Shown here: one piece after another, positions 63,301 through 64,000 of the stretch
Layout: every line of letters starts with the position of its first letter
How positions within the stretch are numbered: the first letter of the stretch is position 1
From: Azolla caroliniana
Taxonomy: Eukaryota > Plantae > Polypodiophyta
Direction: 5' to 3'
Assembly (NCBI GenBank): GCA_043228905.1
Contig: JBHGNT010000007.1
Span: 20,584,001-20,648,000, forward strand
DNA length: 64,000 nt
The notes under the pieces: generated by a model
Database searches by the model: none
The model's input: only the letters and a program-made list of their open reading frames with translations
Told to the model about the DNA's origin: nothing
Translations under genes and position numbers: made by a program

Positions 63301-64000
63301 AACCAACCGGTTACAGTGAGGATACCGAACCGGTAGGAGAAGAAGTAGAGGAAGCTAAAACCAGAATCGGATTCAGATGAAGAGCAAATGGTGTAGACGG
63401 TTACCGAAGCCCAAAGACGGAGATATCCTCTCAGAGAGACAAGGGCCCCCCGAAGATTTCCGGATGCAGAGCATGTGCTCCTGACCGATGAAGGGGAGCC
63501 AGAAAGCTTCGAAGAAACGAAAGTTGACACCCACAACCAAAAATGGTTAAGTGCCATGCAGGATGAGATGGTTTCCCTGCATGAGAACCATACGTACGAA
63601 TTGGTGGAGTTGCCGAAAGGAAAGCGGGCACTCCGAAACAAGTGGGTGTACAAGTTGAAACCGGGAGATGTCGGCAACCCCCCGAGATACAAGTCAGGAT
63701 TGTGGTGAAGGGTTTCCAGCAGAAGAAGGGCGTGGACTTCGACGAGATATTTGCCCCGGCAGTAAAGATGACCTCCATCCGGACGGTGCTGAGTATAGCG
63801 GCAAGCATGGACCTCGAGGTAGAGCAGCTAGACGTGAAGACGACATTCCTTCACGGCGACCTCAAAGAGGAGATCTACATGCAGCAACTGGAAGGATTCG
63901 TGGAGAAAGGGAAGGAGCACCTAGTATGCCGGTTGAAGAAGAGCCTGTACGGACTGAAGTAGGCTCCCCGACAATGGTACCGGAAGTTCGACTCCTTCAT
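60390..64000 (+). mobile_element. Ty1/Copia element J (same family as I), rearranged 5' LTR, runs off the window
   Basis: LTR start TGTTAGG at 60390, LTR end TGTCA at 61484, PBS 61488-61499; gag and pol similar to I; internal deletion about 62690; stops. Confidence 0.93.
60690..61484. repeat. Long inverted repeat of LTR R-U5 sequence (arms 60690-61057 and 61125-61484)
   Basis: Arms are reverse complements over about 360 bp with a 67-nt loop. Confidence 0.92.

Overview
Plant nuclear heterochromatin-type window (moss-like by inference only) with no recognisable host protein gene. Most of it is nested LTR retrotransposons. Ty1/Copia copies (5-bp TSD, tRNA-iMet PBS) include one near-intact young element at 9489-14835. 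Chromodomain-less Ty3/Gypsy copies have 4-bp TSDs and a tRNA-Trp PBS. There are also several solo LTRs and a hAT-type MITE. At 44371-45392 and 51412-56517 lies a tandem array of about 30 tRNA-Cys(GCA)-derived monomers arranged as a five-monomer higher-order repeat, with about 3 copies still folding as complete tRNA-Cys. The Gypsy lineage shows a coherent set of unusual traits: (1) all six insertion sites are N-CG-N; (2) three LTR families carry an antisense tRNA-like Pol III promoter (A box, B box, oligo-T) in U3; (3) a conserved GGAUUUU-UAG plus H-type pseudoknot marks a probable -1 frameshift after the protease; (4) the protease motif is DHG; (5) a young gag-only non-autonomous derivative carries one 681-codon ORF. 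Coordinates were read by eye and may be off by a few bases; no database searches were run.
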